A stretch of 64,000 bases of DNA from an uncultured archaeon (GCA_964632315.1 CAZWEM010000008.1:51141-115140), one strand, 5' to 3'; counted from the first letter of the stretch, positions 11,567-22,303 are shown. Program-made: numbers and translations. Notes: generated by a model from the sequence alone, not told the origin.

Positions 11567-11734
11567 ATGTCAGCAGAAGAACGTCAAGCAGTGGAATACT
11601 TCTTACAATGGATGACGCCTAATGGCGGCGGACTTCATGACTGGATTTCCCATTTTCTCCAGCAAGGGGACGAGGAGAAGCTTCGGCAAATTAAAGAAGT
11701 ATATGATAAAATCAAGCATATTTTTGGATTTTAA
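11567..11734 (+). CDS. Small hypothetical protein, 55 aa (absent from ORF track)
   Basis: ATG..TAA frame MSAEERQAVEYFLQWMTPNGGGLHDWISHFLQQGDEEKLRQIKEVYDKIKHIFGF; more GC-rich than its flanks, divergent from the DnaJ-type zinc-finger gene. Confidence 0.65.
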   Translation: MSAEERQAVEYFLQWMTPNGGGLHDWISHFLQQGDEEKLRQIKEVYDKIKHIFGF

Positions 11735-11930
11735 TTATTCAATAGGGTATAGCAATATCATTAGACCTTTAGAAGAGTCAATAGCGATTTTGGAAACGCA
11801 TTTGATTGCTTGTTGAATAAAAATTGCTACTAATTATAATTTACTCAGATTCTTGATCAACTTGCTAAAAAAATATAAGATTCTATGATTTAATATACTT
11901 AGAACAACAAATATAGAAATTGTAATCACG

Positions 11931-12035
11931 ATGGCAACAGAAAAAGAGAATATTTTTGCAAATGATAAAGGACCTTCCTGATGATAGTACATTAGAGGAT
12001 ATCATATATCATTTATATGCTAGAAAAAAAATAAT
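11931..12035 (+). pseudogene. Frameshifted, truncated remnant of a small putative antitoxin-type gene
   Basis: MATEKENI / shift in T5 run (11953-11957) / LQMIKDLPDDSTLEDIIYHLYARKKI; resembles the 'LPDDSTLEDI.Y.LY' small proteins usually found beside RelE/ParE toxins. Confidence 0.6.
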
Positions 12036-12402
12036 TCGCTTCAAAAACCTCTTTTGCGATGGTCATTGCATTTAAAGCTGCTGGAAACCCTGCATAGACC
12101 GCCATTTGAATTATGATTTCTATCACTTCTTCACGTGTACATCCCACATTGAGAGCTCCATTAATATGGACCTTTAATTGTGGTAGAGCATGTCCTAAAG
12201 CAGTCAGAGCAGCAACAGTCGCGATCTCACGCGATTTTAGATCTAAGCCTGGTCTAGAATAAATGTCTCCAAATGGAAATTCTATTGTATATTTTCCTAA
12301 ATCAGGGGCGATATCTTTTAAACTTTCGATAACATTTTCTCCAGCTTCGCCATCTATTTGTTTTAGTTTCTTCCAACCTCTCGTATAACGTTCTTCTTCC
12401 AT
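12013..12402 (-). CDS. Carboxymuconolactone decarboxylase (CMD/AhpD-like) family protein
   Basis: FGDIYSRPGLDLKSRE, QLKVHINGALNVG, AVYAGFPAA. Confidence 0.92.
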   Translation of the reverse strand: MEEERYTRGWKKLKQIDGEAGENVIESLKDIAPDLGKYTIEFPFGDIYSRPGLDLKSREIATVAALTALGHALPQLKVHINGALNVGCTREEVIEIIIQMAVYAGFPAALNAMTIAKEVFEANYFFSSI

Positions 12403-12685
12403 TTTTTTCCTCCTTTCATATTATTTTTGAATTGAGAAATAATCTATTTAATAAAAGTTTTTATCGAATTTTTTTGTTCTTAACGTCTTGACAAGCTAGT
12501 TACTCATTAATATGACCCGTTAAAGCGATATCGAACCGATAATTATAATCAATTTAAGAGATTCGTTGAGATCTTGCGACTGAGGGAAAAATCTGATCAA
12601 GAAGGAGGAGATTCTAAATCAATCTTCTCAAATGAGGTTTGAATTCAAGCTTAACTTATATCTCACAATATTAATCTTCTTATAA

Positions 12686-13921
12686 TTGAGGAAAAACTAT
12701 ATTAAAGAAATTCCCCAAATAGGTTTTAACACTAAAAAATTTTTTAAAAGTGTGTTTAATTTGTATCCAAAGACAAAATCGATTATATTTATTTTAGGGT
12801 TATTTATTATTTTGGTAATGATTTCTACTATTCCTTCTATAAACAATATAAGCAATGAAAACATGAATTCAAGTAATATTAATTACTTTTCATCTGAGAG
12901 ACAGAATTTAGCCCTCTCAGAAACCTCGGAAAAAGTACACATTGATGGGAACCTTGGTTGGGTTTCCTATAAAGCTGCGGGGAATTGTACTGGGAGTGGT
13001 ACTTATTCTGATCCCTACATTATAAAAGATTTGAAGATAGATGGTGAAGGTTCGGGAAGTTGCATCTTGATTGAAAATTCCAATGTATACTTTAAAATTG
13101 AAGGTTGTATTGTTTATAATTCAGGAACAAATTGGGATGACGCAGGAATCAAATTATATCAAACAACTAATGGGGCTATCATTAATAACAATTGCTCACA
13201 TAATTGCAACGGCATACTTTTAAATACAGATTGTGTTAATAACACAATTCAAGGAAATTTGATAAACAGTGGTACTTGGTTAGCTGGCATTCTACTACCG
13301 TTAGTTGGTATACAATTAGTGAACTATTGCGTAAATAATACAATCTTAGGAAATTCTATTTTGAATAATTATAATTATATAGGGATAAGTTTGGATCTTT
13401 GTGACAACAATTCTATTTTAGAAAATCATGTAAACAACAATCAGAATGGAATTTGGCTATCGGATGGAATGAATTCATTAATATTAGGAAACCAAATTGT
13501 TAATAACAGCTATAACGGGATTTATATAAAAGATGGTAACAATAACACAATATCAAGAAACATCGTAAAAAGTAATAACTATAGGGGAATATTTTTAGAT
13601 ACGACAAATGGGAGTATTGTTTTTTTAAATTGCCTTATTAAAAATGCTCTAAACGCTTATGATGATGGAATAAATAACCAATGGCATAATGGGGCTAAGG
13701 GGAATTATTGGGGAGACTATGCTGGTTCGGACGATAATGGTGATGGAATTGGGGATGTTCCCTACTTAATTTCTAGAGGAAATCAAGACAATTTTCCCTT
13801 GATGAACTGTCCCCTTCTTTCTCAAAAAGGTGGTATAATTCAAGGATATGATCTATTCCTTCTACTTGGAATTCTAGCAGTCGTTTCAATCTTTATTTGC
13901 AAAAAGTTGAAAAAATCTTAA
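12686..13921 (+). CDS. Surface-anchored right-handed beta-helix (NosD/CASH-repeat) protein with Loki-CTERM-like tail
   Basis: N-terminal TM, GSGTYSDPYII, Asn-rich repeats, GNYWGDY..D.NGDGIGD.PY, C-terminal IQGYD+TM+KKLKK; true start probably downstream of 12686. Confidence 0.85.
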   Translation: MRKNYIKEIPQIGFNTKKFFKSVFNLYPKTKSIIFILGLFIILVMISTIPSINNISNENMNSSNINYFSSERQNLALSETSEKVHIDGNLGWVSYKAAGNCTGSGTYSDPYIIKDLKIDGEGSGSCILIENSNVYFKIEGCIVYNSGTNWDDAGIKLYQTTNGAIINNNCSHNCNGILLNTDCVNNTIQGNLINSGTWLAGILLPLVGIQLVNYCVNNTILGNSILNNYNYIGISLDLCDNNSILENHVNNNQNGIWLSDGMNSLILGNQIVNNSYNGIYIKDGNNNTISRNIVKSNNYRGIFLDTTNGSIVFLNCLIKNALNAYDDGINNQWHNGAKGNYWGDYAGSDDNGDGIGDVPYLISRGNQDNFPLMNCPLLSQKGGIIQGYDLFLLLGILAVVSIFICKKLKKS

Positions 13922-14188
13922 GTTCAGTTTTTTGAACCAAAAGAACCAAAATCTGTATTTATAGAATAAATACTGAAATCAACGCTCCATCTGTAAGAGA
14001 ATTAATTTACCAAAATTATCGAATAATTTATAGAATTGTAAATGAATTATTTGAAATTATTACAATTCTTCATGGTAGTCGTTTATTAAGATTATAAGAC
14101 CGAAATAAACAATTAAATTTTAATTAATTCAATAAATATCTAATCGTGATATAATCAATTTCAAATAGCGAGAGAAATTCGCATTAAT

Positions 14189-15466
14189 ATGGAAAGAGAA
14201 CTCATTCTTTGGCAACTCTTTGGTAAGCGATTAGTAAGTTATAAAGAGCTTGAGAATGGAAAAGTGGTTGGTACTGGATTTTTTAATCCTATTGTCGATA
14301 GATTTCGACTAATTATCATGCTTATTTTTCAAACAAAATACTTTAATAAATACAATTTAGGTCAATGGCACGGAAAAAGGGTAACGAATACATTTGCTCC
14401 TCCTTTAGGTAGCCGAGCTATGTTTCGTGCTATTAAAAACGTGATTCGAGTTAAACTATTACGACACGCTCGACCTATTGCGATGACATTCGCAGTAACA
14501 TATAACTGTCCTTGTCATTGCGTTCATTGTAGCGCAGGAAAACATTCTAAACCAAACACTACCGAATTAAGCACGGAAGAAGCAAAAAGAGTCATTGACG
14601 AAAGTCAAAAGCTGGGAGTGTCAATTATAGCTTTTACGGGGGGAGAACCTTTAATTCGTAAAGATATTTTCGAGTTAATCTCTCACGTTAATCAGAAAAA
14701 GGCAGTTCCCATTCTATTCACTAATGGTTTATTTCTCACTCAAGAGAATGTTGATAAATTACATGATGCGGGACTCTATTCAATTTTTGTCAGCATTGAC
14801 AGTCCAGTTGCCGATGAACATGATGAATTAAGAGGGATGAAAGATATTTTTAAGACCGCAATAGAAGGAATTAAACGAGCGAAAGAGAAAGGGATGTTCG
14901 TTGGATTGTCATCTTATGCAACTCGCTCATCTACTAAGGAGGGAATGTATAAAAAAATTCATGAACTTGCTACAAGTTTGGAAGTACATAATGTAATGCT
15001 ATTTGATGGAGTACCAACAGGAAACATATTAAAAGATACGAGTGAAGTTCTAACAATGGATCAACGTGAAGAGATTTATAAATTTTCCTCACAATTGCAT
15101 AAAAATAAGGTCGTTCCCCCGCTTTCTTCACAATCCTGGCAAACATCTATTGAATCATATCTTGCGGGTGTTGGATGCTTAGCGGGGCATATTCAATATT
15201 ATGTGTCAGCATATGGGGAGGTAACTCCTTGCGATTTTACTCCATTATCTTTTGGTAGTATTCGAGTTGAGCCATTAAAGGATATTTGGAAAAAAATGAT
15301 CCATCATCCCGCATATAATCATCTAATTACTTCATGTAGAATGCAAAATCCCAAATTTCGGCATTTTTATATTGATCCCATCCCAGATGATGCTCCCCTT
15401 CCATATAGCATAAACAATCTTCCAGCTGTAGATTACCGAAAAGAAATAATTCCATATATTAAATAG
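14189..15466 (+). CDS. Radical SAM protein with SPASM/Twitch domain
   Basis: CPCHCVHC (CxxxCxxC), FTGGEP, CLAG..GEVTPC..C. Confidence 0.9.
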   Translation: MERELILWQLFGKRLVSYKELENGKVVGTGFFNPIVDRFRLIIMLIFQTKYFNKYNLGQWHGKRVTNTFAPPLGSRAMFRAIKNVIRVKLLRHARPIAMTFAVTYNCPCHCVHCSAGKHSKPNTTELSTEEAKRVIDESQKLGVSIIAFTGGEPLIRKDIFELISHVNQKKAVPILFTNGLFLTQENVDKLHDAGLYSIFVSIDSPVADEHDELRGMKDIFKTAIEGIKRAKEKGMFVGLSSYATRSSTKEGMYKKIHELATSLEVHNVMLFDGVPTGNILKDTSEVLTMDQREEIYKFSSQLHKNKVVPPLSSQSWQTSIESYLAGVGCLAGHIQYYVSAYGEVTPCDFTPLSFGSIRVEPLKDIWKKMIHHPAYNHLITSCRMQNPKFRHFYIDPIPDDAPLPYSINNLPAVDYRKEIIPYIK

Positions 15467-15519
15467 AGGGGATTTTTAAGCCTTCGAATGCTTCCGGTTT
15501 AATTAAAAGAAAAAAAGTT

Positions 15520-16218
15520 TTATAAATAGGCAGATAACAATACGCCTAAAGTAATATAGAACTGTGCCAATATATAGGTCGTCATAATAATCGGTTTCCC
15601 ATTGGGAATCTCCTTGTCCCATTTATCGACTGCTATCGTGGAATCAGAGACTATAAAAGATATCGAACCAATATAGATTAAAATATTCGGGAATCCTTGA
15701 AATGCTGCCAATTTTAAAATAGCTGCAATATGCATTACAAGTATTGCAATCAAGTAAATTAAAACTGGAATTTTCATCTCACCTGTTTTACTGATAAATC
15801 GAGGGAGCATGAACAATAGAATTAAGAAAACAGGTCCAAATAGAGTAAAAACAAATGGATTAAAGCTAGTAGTATCGAAAATAGATGAGAAAAATGATAT
15901 TATATAAAAAATTTGGTTGATTAAGAACGCAATCATACCAAAAAGGAACCATTTTTCTTGATTTTTTTGCATTAGGAAAACATCTCCAGCCCAACCCCCT
16001 AATAAGGCAAAAATTATTAACCAATCGACTCTTGCTATTGAAAGTGTATCGACAACACCAAAAAAATAAGATAATATCAACAATGGCATTAACAATGGTT
16101 TAGTAGAAAACTGAATTTTAGTATTTTCCTTATACTCTCCGTATACTTCCACAATAGCTACGATAAAAAATAAGATCAAAAAGACAAATTCAAACGAGAA
16201 ATTGTTTGTAGACAACAT
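15520..16218 (-). CDS. YhhN/TMEM86 lysoplasmalogenase-family membrane protein
   Basis: KPLLMP, GDVFL, PVLIY, FIVSDS, TYILAQ. Confidence 0.85.
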   Translation of the reverse strand: MLSTNNFSFEFVFLILFFIVAIVEVYGEYKENTKIQFSTKPLLMPLLILSYFFGVVDTLSIARVDWLIIFALLGGWAGDVFLMQKNQEKWFLFGMIAFLINQIFYIISFFSSIFDTTSFNPFVFTLFGPVFLILLFMLPRFISKTGEMKIPVLIYLIAILVMHIAAILKLAAFQGFPNILIYIGSISFIVSDSTIAVDKWDKEIPNGKPIIMTTYILAQFYITLGVLLSAYL

Positions 16219-16499
16219 ATTATTCTATGATTTTCAATAAGTTAAAAAAGTTTTTAACACAATTTGATTCTTATAATGAGGATCTTTATCAATCAATGAT
16301 ATAATAAAAAAAAGTTATTTCTGAATATATATACCGTTGAATTACCTATTCCATTAGCATTGATGCTAATATCCTGAAAATCAATTTTGTTTTTGATGCT
16401 CCAATAAAAAAATCATATTTTTTATGATTTCCATAATCAGCTTTTTAACAAATATTGTAGTATATGACTTAGTATTTTGTGATAATGATCATTATTTGT

Positions 16500-17246
16500 T
16501 CAATACTTTCCAACGGGGGAGACCAATACAACAAACTCGTCTTTTCCATCAAGGTCTAACAAATCATCGAGTTTTTTTTGTTCATAATATCCTATAGCAA
16601 CAGTTCCAAGATTTAAAGCCTCACAAGCAAGGTATAAATTCTGGGAAACGTGTCCTAAATCTATGGCTAGAAACTTATGAGCAAGAATGGTATATCTCCA
16701 CTCAGTTCGATAAGGAATTGCAACCCAACAGAAGATTACAGCTCCTTTTCCGACAAACATTTGATCATAGGTCAAATGACCAATTTTCTTTTCAGCATTC
16801 TCAATCTTTTTACTGAAAAGTAATTTGTGCTTAAACGAAATATATCGATAAAGTCCGGGTTCGAGTCCCTCAACCCTATTTATTATTAAGTAGGTTTCAA
16901 ATGGACTTTTTGCTCCTGCAGAGGGCACTGTACGTAGAACACCTGCTCTATTTTTAAACTTTCTTTTTACACCTTGCGTACACCATAATAAAAAAGACAG
17001 TTCTTCCAAATTAATTGATTCTTCACTGAATTTTCTGCGACTCATTCGTTTGGTTACTACTTCTAAAAAAGGAACTTTTCCAATTTTGAAATCTTTAGGA
17101 GAAATTAAATTGATTAGTTGTTCAGATTCATTATATTCCTTTTGAAATAAAGGAAAGGGAAGTTTTTTCTTTTCATCAGAGTCAGGGACTATTGTTTCAT
17201 AATCCTCTCGGTCATAAAACCGTAAAAATCGCCTATTGTCCTCCAT
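16500..17246 (-). CDS. SagB/ThcOx-family nitroreductase-like dehydrogenase
   Basis: RMSRRKF, RTVPSAGA, GLYRY, DLGHVSQNLYLACEAL. Confidence 0.9.
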   Translation of the reverse strand: MEDNRRFLRFYDREDYETIVPDSDEKKKLPFPLFQKEYNESEQLINLISPKDFKIGKVPFLEVVTKRMSRRKFSEESINLEELSFLLWCTQGVKRKFKNRAGVLRTVPSAGAKSPFETYLIINRVEGLEPGLYRYISFKHKLLFSKKIENAEKKIGHLTYDQMFVGKGAVIFCWVAIPYRTEWRYTILAHKFLAIDLGHVSQNLYLACEALNLGTVAIGYYEQKKLDDLLDLDGKDEFVVLVSPVGKY

Positions 17247-17385
17247 AATACTCTACTAAATGCTTACTTGCTTCATAAATTTAATTATTTAAGGATCTTT
17301 TTGAGTTCTTTCAAGTGGGGAATAAACACAAAATCATAAATTTGATTTAGGTTGTTTCTTTTAAGATCATAGGCAAATACTATAG

Positions 17386-20061
17386 ATGGACATAGTTTTG
17401 AGCGTCATTTCAAGAAATTTTTTCATTGTAATTAATCGAAATCCTTTCGATTCAAAGGAATTGAATTTTGATGTAAATTTCTTTTATCTCAGATCATTTA
17501 AAGAAGATACGTTCAAATTTTCTTACGTTAATAAACCTTTTTTCAAGGGTAATGTCATTTTTGGATTAGATTTTAAGAATAAGATGCGTCCATTGTCCTT
17601 TTTGAAGACCACGGGGGATGATTCAACCAAAGCAATTGATCCTCGTTTATTCAAGAAGTTCATTCTAAACGAAAGAAATAAGTTCATAGCCTTTTCAAAT
17701 CAGACAGATATGAATAAGTTTGACCCTGTGAGGATCATGTTGGAGAATTTTCATTATGACAATCGAAAGGTAATTGAGCTAACACTCTGTCAATCATGTT
17801 TAGAAAAACGAATTTTTAAAATCTTAAACAAAAAACAACAAATAAAATCATATAATAAAAGAATTATTTGCTCCGATTGTGCTTTAGATTTGATCTTGAA
17901 AGAAGCAAGGCAAAAGGGGCTTCTTGGTGAGAAAAAGATAAATCCCAAGTTGAAGAATTTCTTTAAGCACATGCTTCTCAAGTTTCGAGACGTATTGAAA
18001 GTGTTGAATACTTTTAAAGTTAGTTTCGATCCAATTAAAAATTCAGACTTAACGTTATATGATATCGAACAAAACCCTCCAATAAGTAAAAAATATTTAA
18101 ATTTGCATGTAGAAGACTTGGATCTTGAACCTAAATTTAGAGATCTTCTAAAAGAGCAAAAGATTAATACTTTACTTCCCATTCAAGCATTATCAATTGA
18201 TAGGGGATTAATAAGCGAATATAATAGTCAGCTAATCATGGCCCCTACTTCGGCGGGAAAAACATTAGTCGGGGAAATAGCAGGTGTGACAAGAATTTTA
18301 AGAGATAACTTAAAAATGCTTTATTTAGTGCCAATCGTCGCGTTAGCAAACGTGAGAACTGAGGAATTTACGAAAAAATATGAAAATCTTAATCTAAAGA
18401 TTGTTAAGAAGATAGGAGAATCAATTTTAGATAAAAATGAAGAAGACAATTTAGACGAATTATATGACGCGAATATCATCATTGCGACGTATGAAGCGAT
18501 TGATTATATCATACGTGGTGGTAATAAAGGAAAGTTAGGACCAATTGGGACTATCGTGATCGACGAGATACAAACGCTTATTGATGTAGAGAGAGGATTT
18601 ATTTTGGATGGATTAATTGCTCGTTTGAAATATTTATATCCAAAAGCTCAGTTCTTGTATTTAAGTGCAACCATTGGGGCACCAGATGTCCTTGCTAAAA
18701 AATTAGATTGCGCTTTAATAAGATATAATAATCGACCTGTGCCTATTGAGAGGCATCTTATATTATGTCTAAATGAAACAATAAAAAATAGATATATAAT
18801 CTCTCTCGTGAAAAATGCATTTTCAAGTGTATCTAAATTTCAATATAAAGGACAGAGCATCATTTTCACAAATACTAGAAAAAAGTGTGAAAATCTTGCG
18901 GAATATTTATCGAGGAGACAGATTCGGGCACGTCCATATCATTCTGGATTAACTCATGATGAAAGAAAGGAAATTGAGATTGATTTTAAAAATCAACGAA
19001 TCTCAGCAGTAGTTGCAACGGCTGCCTTAGCCGCAGGAGTTGATTTTCCGGCAAAACAAGTCATTTTCGAGTCATTAGGCATGGGAATTAAGATTTTGAC
19101 AGTTGCGGAGTTTGAACAGATGCTTGGGAGAGCAGGAAGGTTAAAAAAGCATGAAAAAGGTTTTGCTTATCTTCTTGTAGAACCGGGAAAAATTTATAAT
19201 CCCAAAATGAAAATTACTGAAGAAAACATTGCGATATCATTATTAAACGGAAAAATCAAGGATTTTCAGTTGGATCCGAATGGTGATCGCTCACTCACGG
19301 AATTATTGGCATTCATTTCTGCTTTTGAAGAAGGAATAGAAAAGAAAGATATCAATCACTTTTATAATTCTCTAATTAATGGTGAATACGAGCTTGAATC
19401 TTTTTTAAAGCAATTACTACAATTTAATTTGATAAAAAATGAGAATTATAAATTAATACCAACTCGTTTAGGAACTGCTATCTCTAAATCTTTTCTTACA
19501 GTCGATCAGGGTTTAGAAATTGCCAACCGATTAGAGAACGAAGATAATGCGGTGTATAGCATCGTGCTTGAATTAAATCCTTTGAAAAATGTTTATTTAT
19601 CAAAAAAAGTAGTTGCAGATTTATCAAAAAATGTAAACATGAAGTATTTCTCGAACAATTTTTTCAGTGCTAGCACATTAAATTTAATGGACGCAGAATA
19701 CGTAAAAAAACGGAAAAAATTTTCTCAAGATTTTATAGATTTGATTATCAAATGGACGACTGATATTTTTAATTGCACTTGTAAAGATAATCCATATTGC
19801 GATTGTGGGAGGATAAATTTAGAAAAAATGATTTTAAGACTGAGAACTGAAGAGAATCTCTCTGTAGAAGCCATCAGTTCGTACTTGCTTGAAGTTTATA
19901 ACATCATGGTCTTCAAAGGAGATCTTATCGATTATTTAGAGAGTCTAATATATTCCTTGGAAAGTATTTTGAATATTGCCAAAGGTTTAGATAAAATTAA
20001 CCCTCAAAATAATACACAATTAAGTGACATTCCAAATTTGATCACAAAAATTAAGTACTAA
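17386..20061 (+). CDS. Archaeal Ski2-like SF2 helicase (ASH-Ski2/DUF5814 type)
   Basis: APTSAGKT, DEIQ, LSAT, QMLGRAGR, N-terminal CxxC..CxxC and C-terminal CTCKDNPYCDCG. Confidence 0.88.
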   Translation: MDIVLSVISRNFFIVINRNPFDSKELNFDVNFFYLRSFKEDTFKFSYVNKPFFKGNVIFGLDFKNKMRPLSFLKTTGDDSTKAIDPRLFKKFILNERNKFIAFSNQTDMNKFDPVRIMLENFHYDNRKVIELTLCQSCLEKRIFKILNKKQQIKSYNKRIICSDCALDLILKEARQKGLLGEKKINPKLKNFFKHMLLKFRDVLKVLNTFKVSFDPIKNSDLTLYDIEQNPPISKKYLNLHVEDLDLEPKFRDLLKEQKINTLLPIQALSIDRGLISEYNSQLIMAPTSAGKTLVGEIAGVTRILRDNLKMLYLVPIVALANVRTEEFTKKYENLNLKIVKKIGESILDKNEEDNLDELYDANIIIATYEAIDYIIRGGNKGKLGPIGTIVIDEIQTLIDVERGFILDGLIARLKYLYPKAQFLYLSATIGAPDVLAKKLDCALIRYNNRPVPIERHLILCLNETIKNRYIISLVKNAFSSVSKFQYKGQSIIFTNTRKKCENLAEYLSRRQIRARPYHSGLTHDERKEIEIDFKNQRISAVVATAALAAGVDFPAKQVIFESLGMGIKILTVAEFEQMLGRAGRLKKHEKGFAYLLVEPGKIYNPKMKITEENIAISLLNGKIKDFQLDPNGDRSLTELLAFISAFEEGIEKKDINHFYNSLINGEYELESFLKQLLQFNLIKNENYKLIPTRLGTAISKSFLTVDQGLEIANRLENEDNAVYSIVLELNPLKNVYLSKKVVADLSKNVNMKYFSNNFFSASTLNLMDAEYVKKRKKFSQDFIDLIIKWTTDIFNCTCKDNPYCDCGRINLEKMILRLRTEENLSVEAISSYLLEVYNIMVFKGDLIDYLESLIYSLESILNIAKGLDKINPQNNTQLSDIPNLITKIKY

Positions 20062-20149
20062 AATCAAAAATTTTATTATTAAAAAGATTAAAATTAATAC
20101 ATGTTCTAACAATAAATTCCAAAATAATCAAATACTTTTCATTAATTAC

Positions 20150-21097
20150 ATGATTTATACCATCTTTCTTTATCAAGCGAGCACTGGAGCCTTAATGTTT
20201 GAACAGAATTTTCAAGAATTAGATTCTGGGAATGCTGAGCTTTTTAGTTCTTTTTACACCGCTTTAAAGTCCTTCGTTTCAGAAATGGTAAATGAGGGAG
20301 TAAATAAACTAAAAAACATTGATTTAGGGGAATATAGCATTGTTATTTCGTCAATTAAAGATTTTGATGTAGATATAGTTATCATAGCAGATAAAGAAAG
20401 TCTCAAACCGGTTAATAAATTAATTCCAAAGTTAATTAAAAGCTTATATAAACATGAAAGCTTGATTCAGTTTTGGGATGGAGACAAATCAGAATTATAT
20501 CTCCTTGAACAACCCCTTTCAGGATTAATCAAGAATCATTTTAAATCTACGGGAAAAACACTAACAGAAAAACAAGATCAAGTATTAAGATCGATCTGGG
20601 CTAACAGATCCCAACTTTCTGAGGAAGAAGAAAATGCTTTAATTCAAGAGAGAGATTTACTAATTTATAAAATTGAAAAAACCCCTATATTGCCTGATAA
20701 GATTAAGATTGCAAAGGAAGTCGTTGAGCTTTCAGATAAGCTAAAAGATGAAGGAACTTTCTTACGTTTTCAAGATGAAATTAACAGGTATAAAAAAGAA
20801 CTTGAAGATGCTAGATTTAAATTGGGATATTATCTTGAGAAGTTAAAAATCTCTTTGAATGAGGCAATAGAGAACTTAGGAGACAAACCCATTTCTGCAG
20901 GAGATTATAAAGATGCTTATCTAAGTTTATATTCTTTCAGCACTAAACTCAAACTTTTGATCGAAAGTGGATGGGAAAATTATAGGCAAATGGCGACTAA
21001 ACTCATCGATAATGATAATATATCTAAAGATGAAATATCTGACACGATACAATCAATAATTAAGATGAGCGATAACGTGGAAGATTACTTGCAATGA
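20150..21097 (+). CDS. Longin-like domain protein with helical/coiled-coil C-terminus
   Basis: N-terminus IYTIFLY..STGALMFEQNF...LFSSFYTALKSFVSEM fits the Asgard longin pattern. Confidence 0.65.
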   Translation: MIYTIFLYQASTGALMFEQNFQELDSGNAELFSSFYTALKSFVSEMVNEGVNKLKNIDLGEYSIVISSIKDFDVDIVIIADKESLKPVNKLIPKLIKSLYKHESLIQFWDGDKSELYLLEQPLSGLIKNHFKSTGKTLTEKQDQVLRSIWANRSQLSEEEENALIQERDLLIYKIEKTPILPDKIKIAKEVVELSDKLKDEGTFLRFQDEINRYKKELEDARFKLGYYLEKLKISLNEAIENLGDKPISAGDYKDAYLSLYSFSTKLKLLIESGWENYRQMATKLIDNDNISKDEISDTIQSIIKMSDNVEDYLQ

Positions 21098-21103
21098 ATT
21101 TTA

Positions 21104-22303
21104 TTATTTTGTGAAAATTTCAATGATATCGTTATCTTTAATATCGTAATCTAAACCAACCTTTTTACGTTTATGACGAACACTTTTCCGTATCACAACA
21201 GCATAATCAAATTTTTCATAAAAACTTCTATGAATCCGTATCGCAACATCTCTTACTTTTACTCCCGTATCCATTATCAGTGGCTTTTGAGCCACTTCAC
21301 CTTTATGTGAGGTATATACTTTAATTTTGTTTAAAAATTTCAGTATAATTTTCCCAAACTCAGATTCAGGAGTTAGTTCCTCTTTGCTAACACTACTCCC
21401 TAAAATCAAGGAAAATTTTGAAGAATATCTTGCTTTAAGTTCTTGAAATGTATCTTCTGTATTTGGAAGATCTCCTTTGGTTCCTATGATCGCCGCTTTT
21501 TTGTAGACTACAGAAGGATTCATGGCATCAACAATTTGATCTAAAGTTACTCTTCCAAATATCTTCACTATTGCATTCCTAATTCCTCCTTCATAGATTA
21601 TCTCTCGAATTCTTTCTGTCAATTCTAATAAATCTTTATTTTGCTTTGCCTCTTTAGTTAAATAAAAAACTTGGATTTTATTAGAGCCAGTTTTTTCAAT
21701 AGTAATTGGTGGAGGAGGTACGTTAATTCTTATATTGGATTCTAAAAATTCATGCATTAGTAAAGAGATTTGCTGGTCGAAGTTTCTTGAGAGGTCCACA
21801 CATATTAAGATTAAGTCGCAGGATCTTATTTGAGATAAAATTTCTTTCCCATTAGCTACTCCTGAGGAAGCTCCTTTCATGATTGAGGGCATATCAACAA
21901 TTTGGAATCTAATATTATCCTCTTCATAAATCCCTATTTCAGGAATGGAAGTAAATCTACCAATTTTTTCTTTAGCCGCACCCGTGAGTAGGTTCAGTAA
22001 TGAAGTTTTTCCAACTCCTGGGACGTGGTAATCGCTTACCAAAATCATTTGAATGCCTTCTTTCTTTATTGAAAATGGACTTACTTGCTTTCCAATTGAT
22101 TTTTGCCATTCTTTTTTATCTTCTCTCTCTCTTTTTAATTTAGCTAGCTTAGAGCGATTTAACGCAACAATTTTTTCAGTTGCTTTATGTTTCGGAACTA
22201 ATGAAATGAATTCTTCTAATTGCTGGATTTTCTCATCTAATGAGGATGCATCAAGATATCTTTGATATGCTGCTTCAGCTTCTGGACCGATGTTTGAACT
22301 CAT
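21104..22303 (-). CDS. DRG/Obg-family GTPase-like protein with TGS domain (degenerate motifs)
   Basis: PKHKATE N-terminus, PGVGKTS, FTS, IVDMPS, TKGD, C-terminal TGS (V.DVAIRIH...KVGLDY..DNDIIEI). Confidence 0.85.
   Translation of the reverse strand: MSSNIGPEAEAAYQRYLDASSLDEKIQQLEEFISLVPKHKATEKIVALNRSKLAKLKREREDKKEWQKSIGKQVSPFSIKKEGIQMILVSDYHVPGVGKTSLLNLLTGAAKEKIGRFTSIPEIGIYEEDNIRFQIVDMPSIMKGASSGVANGKEILSQIRSCDLILICVDLSRNFDQQISLLMHEFLESNIRINVPPPPITIEKTGSNKIQVFYLTKEAKQNKDLLELTERIREIIYEGGIRNAIVKIFGRVTLDQIVDAMNPSVVYKKAAIIGTKGDLPNTEDTFQELKARYSSKFSLILGSSVSKEELTPESEFGKIILKFLNKIKVYTSHKGEVAQKPLIMDTGVKVRDVAIRIHRSFYEKFDYAVVIRKSVRHKRKKVGLDYDIKDNDIIEIFTK

Noticed and set aside
11622-11816. 64-aa ORF from the track
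   Set aside because: Overlaps the more plausible 11567..11734 frame
14189-17246. RiPP cluster (radical SAM/SPASM plus SagB-like dehydrogenase)
   Set aside because: Opposite strands, separated by yhhN, with no YcaO, precursor peptide or transporter
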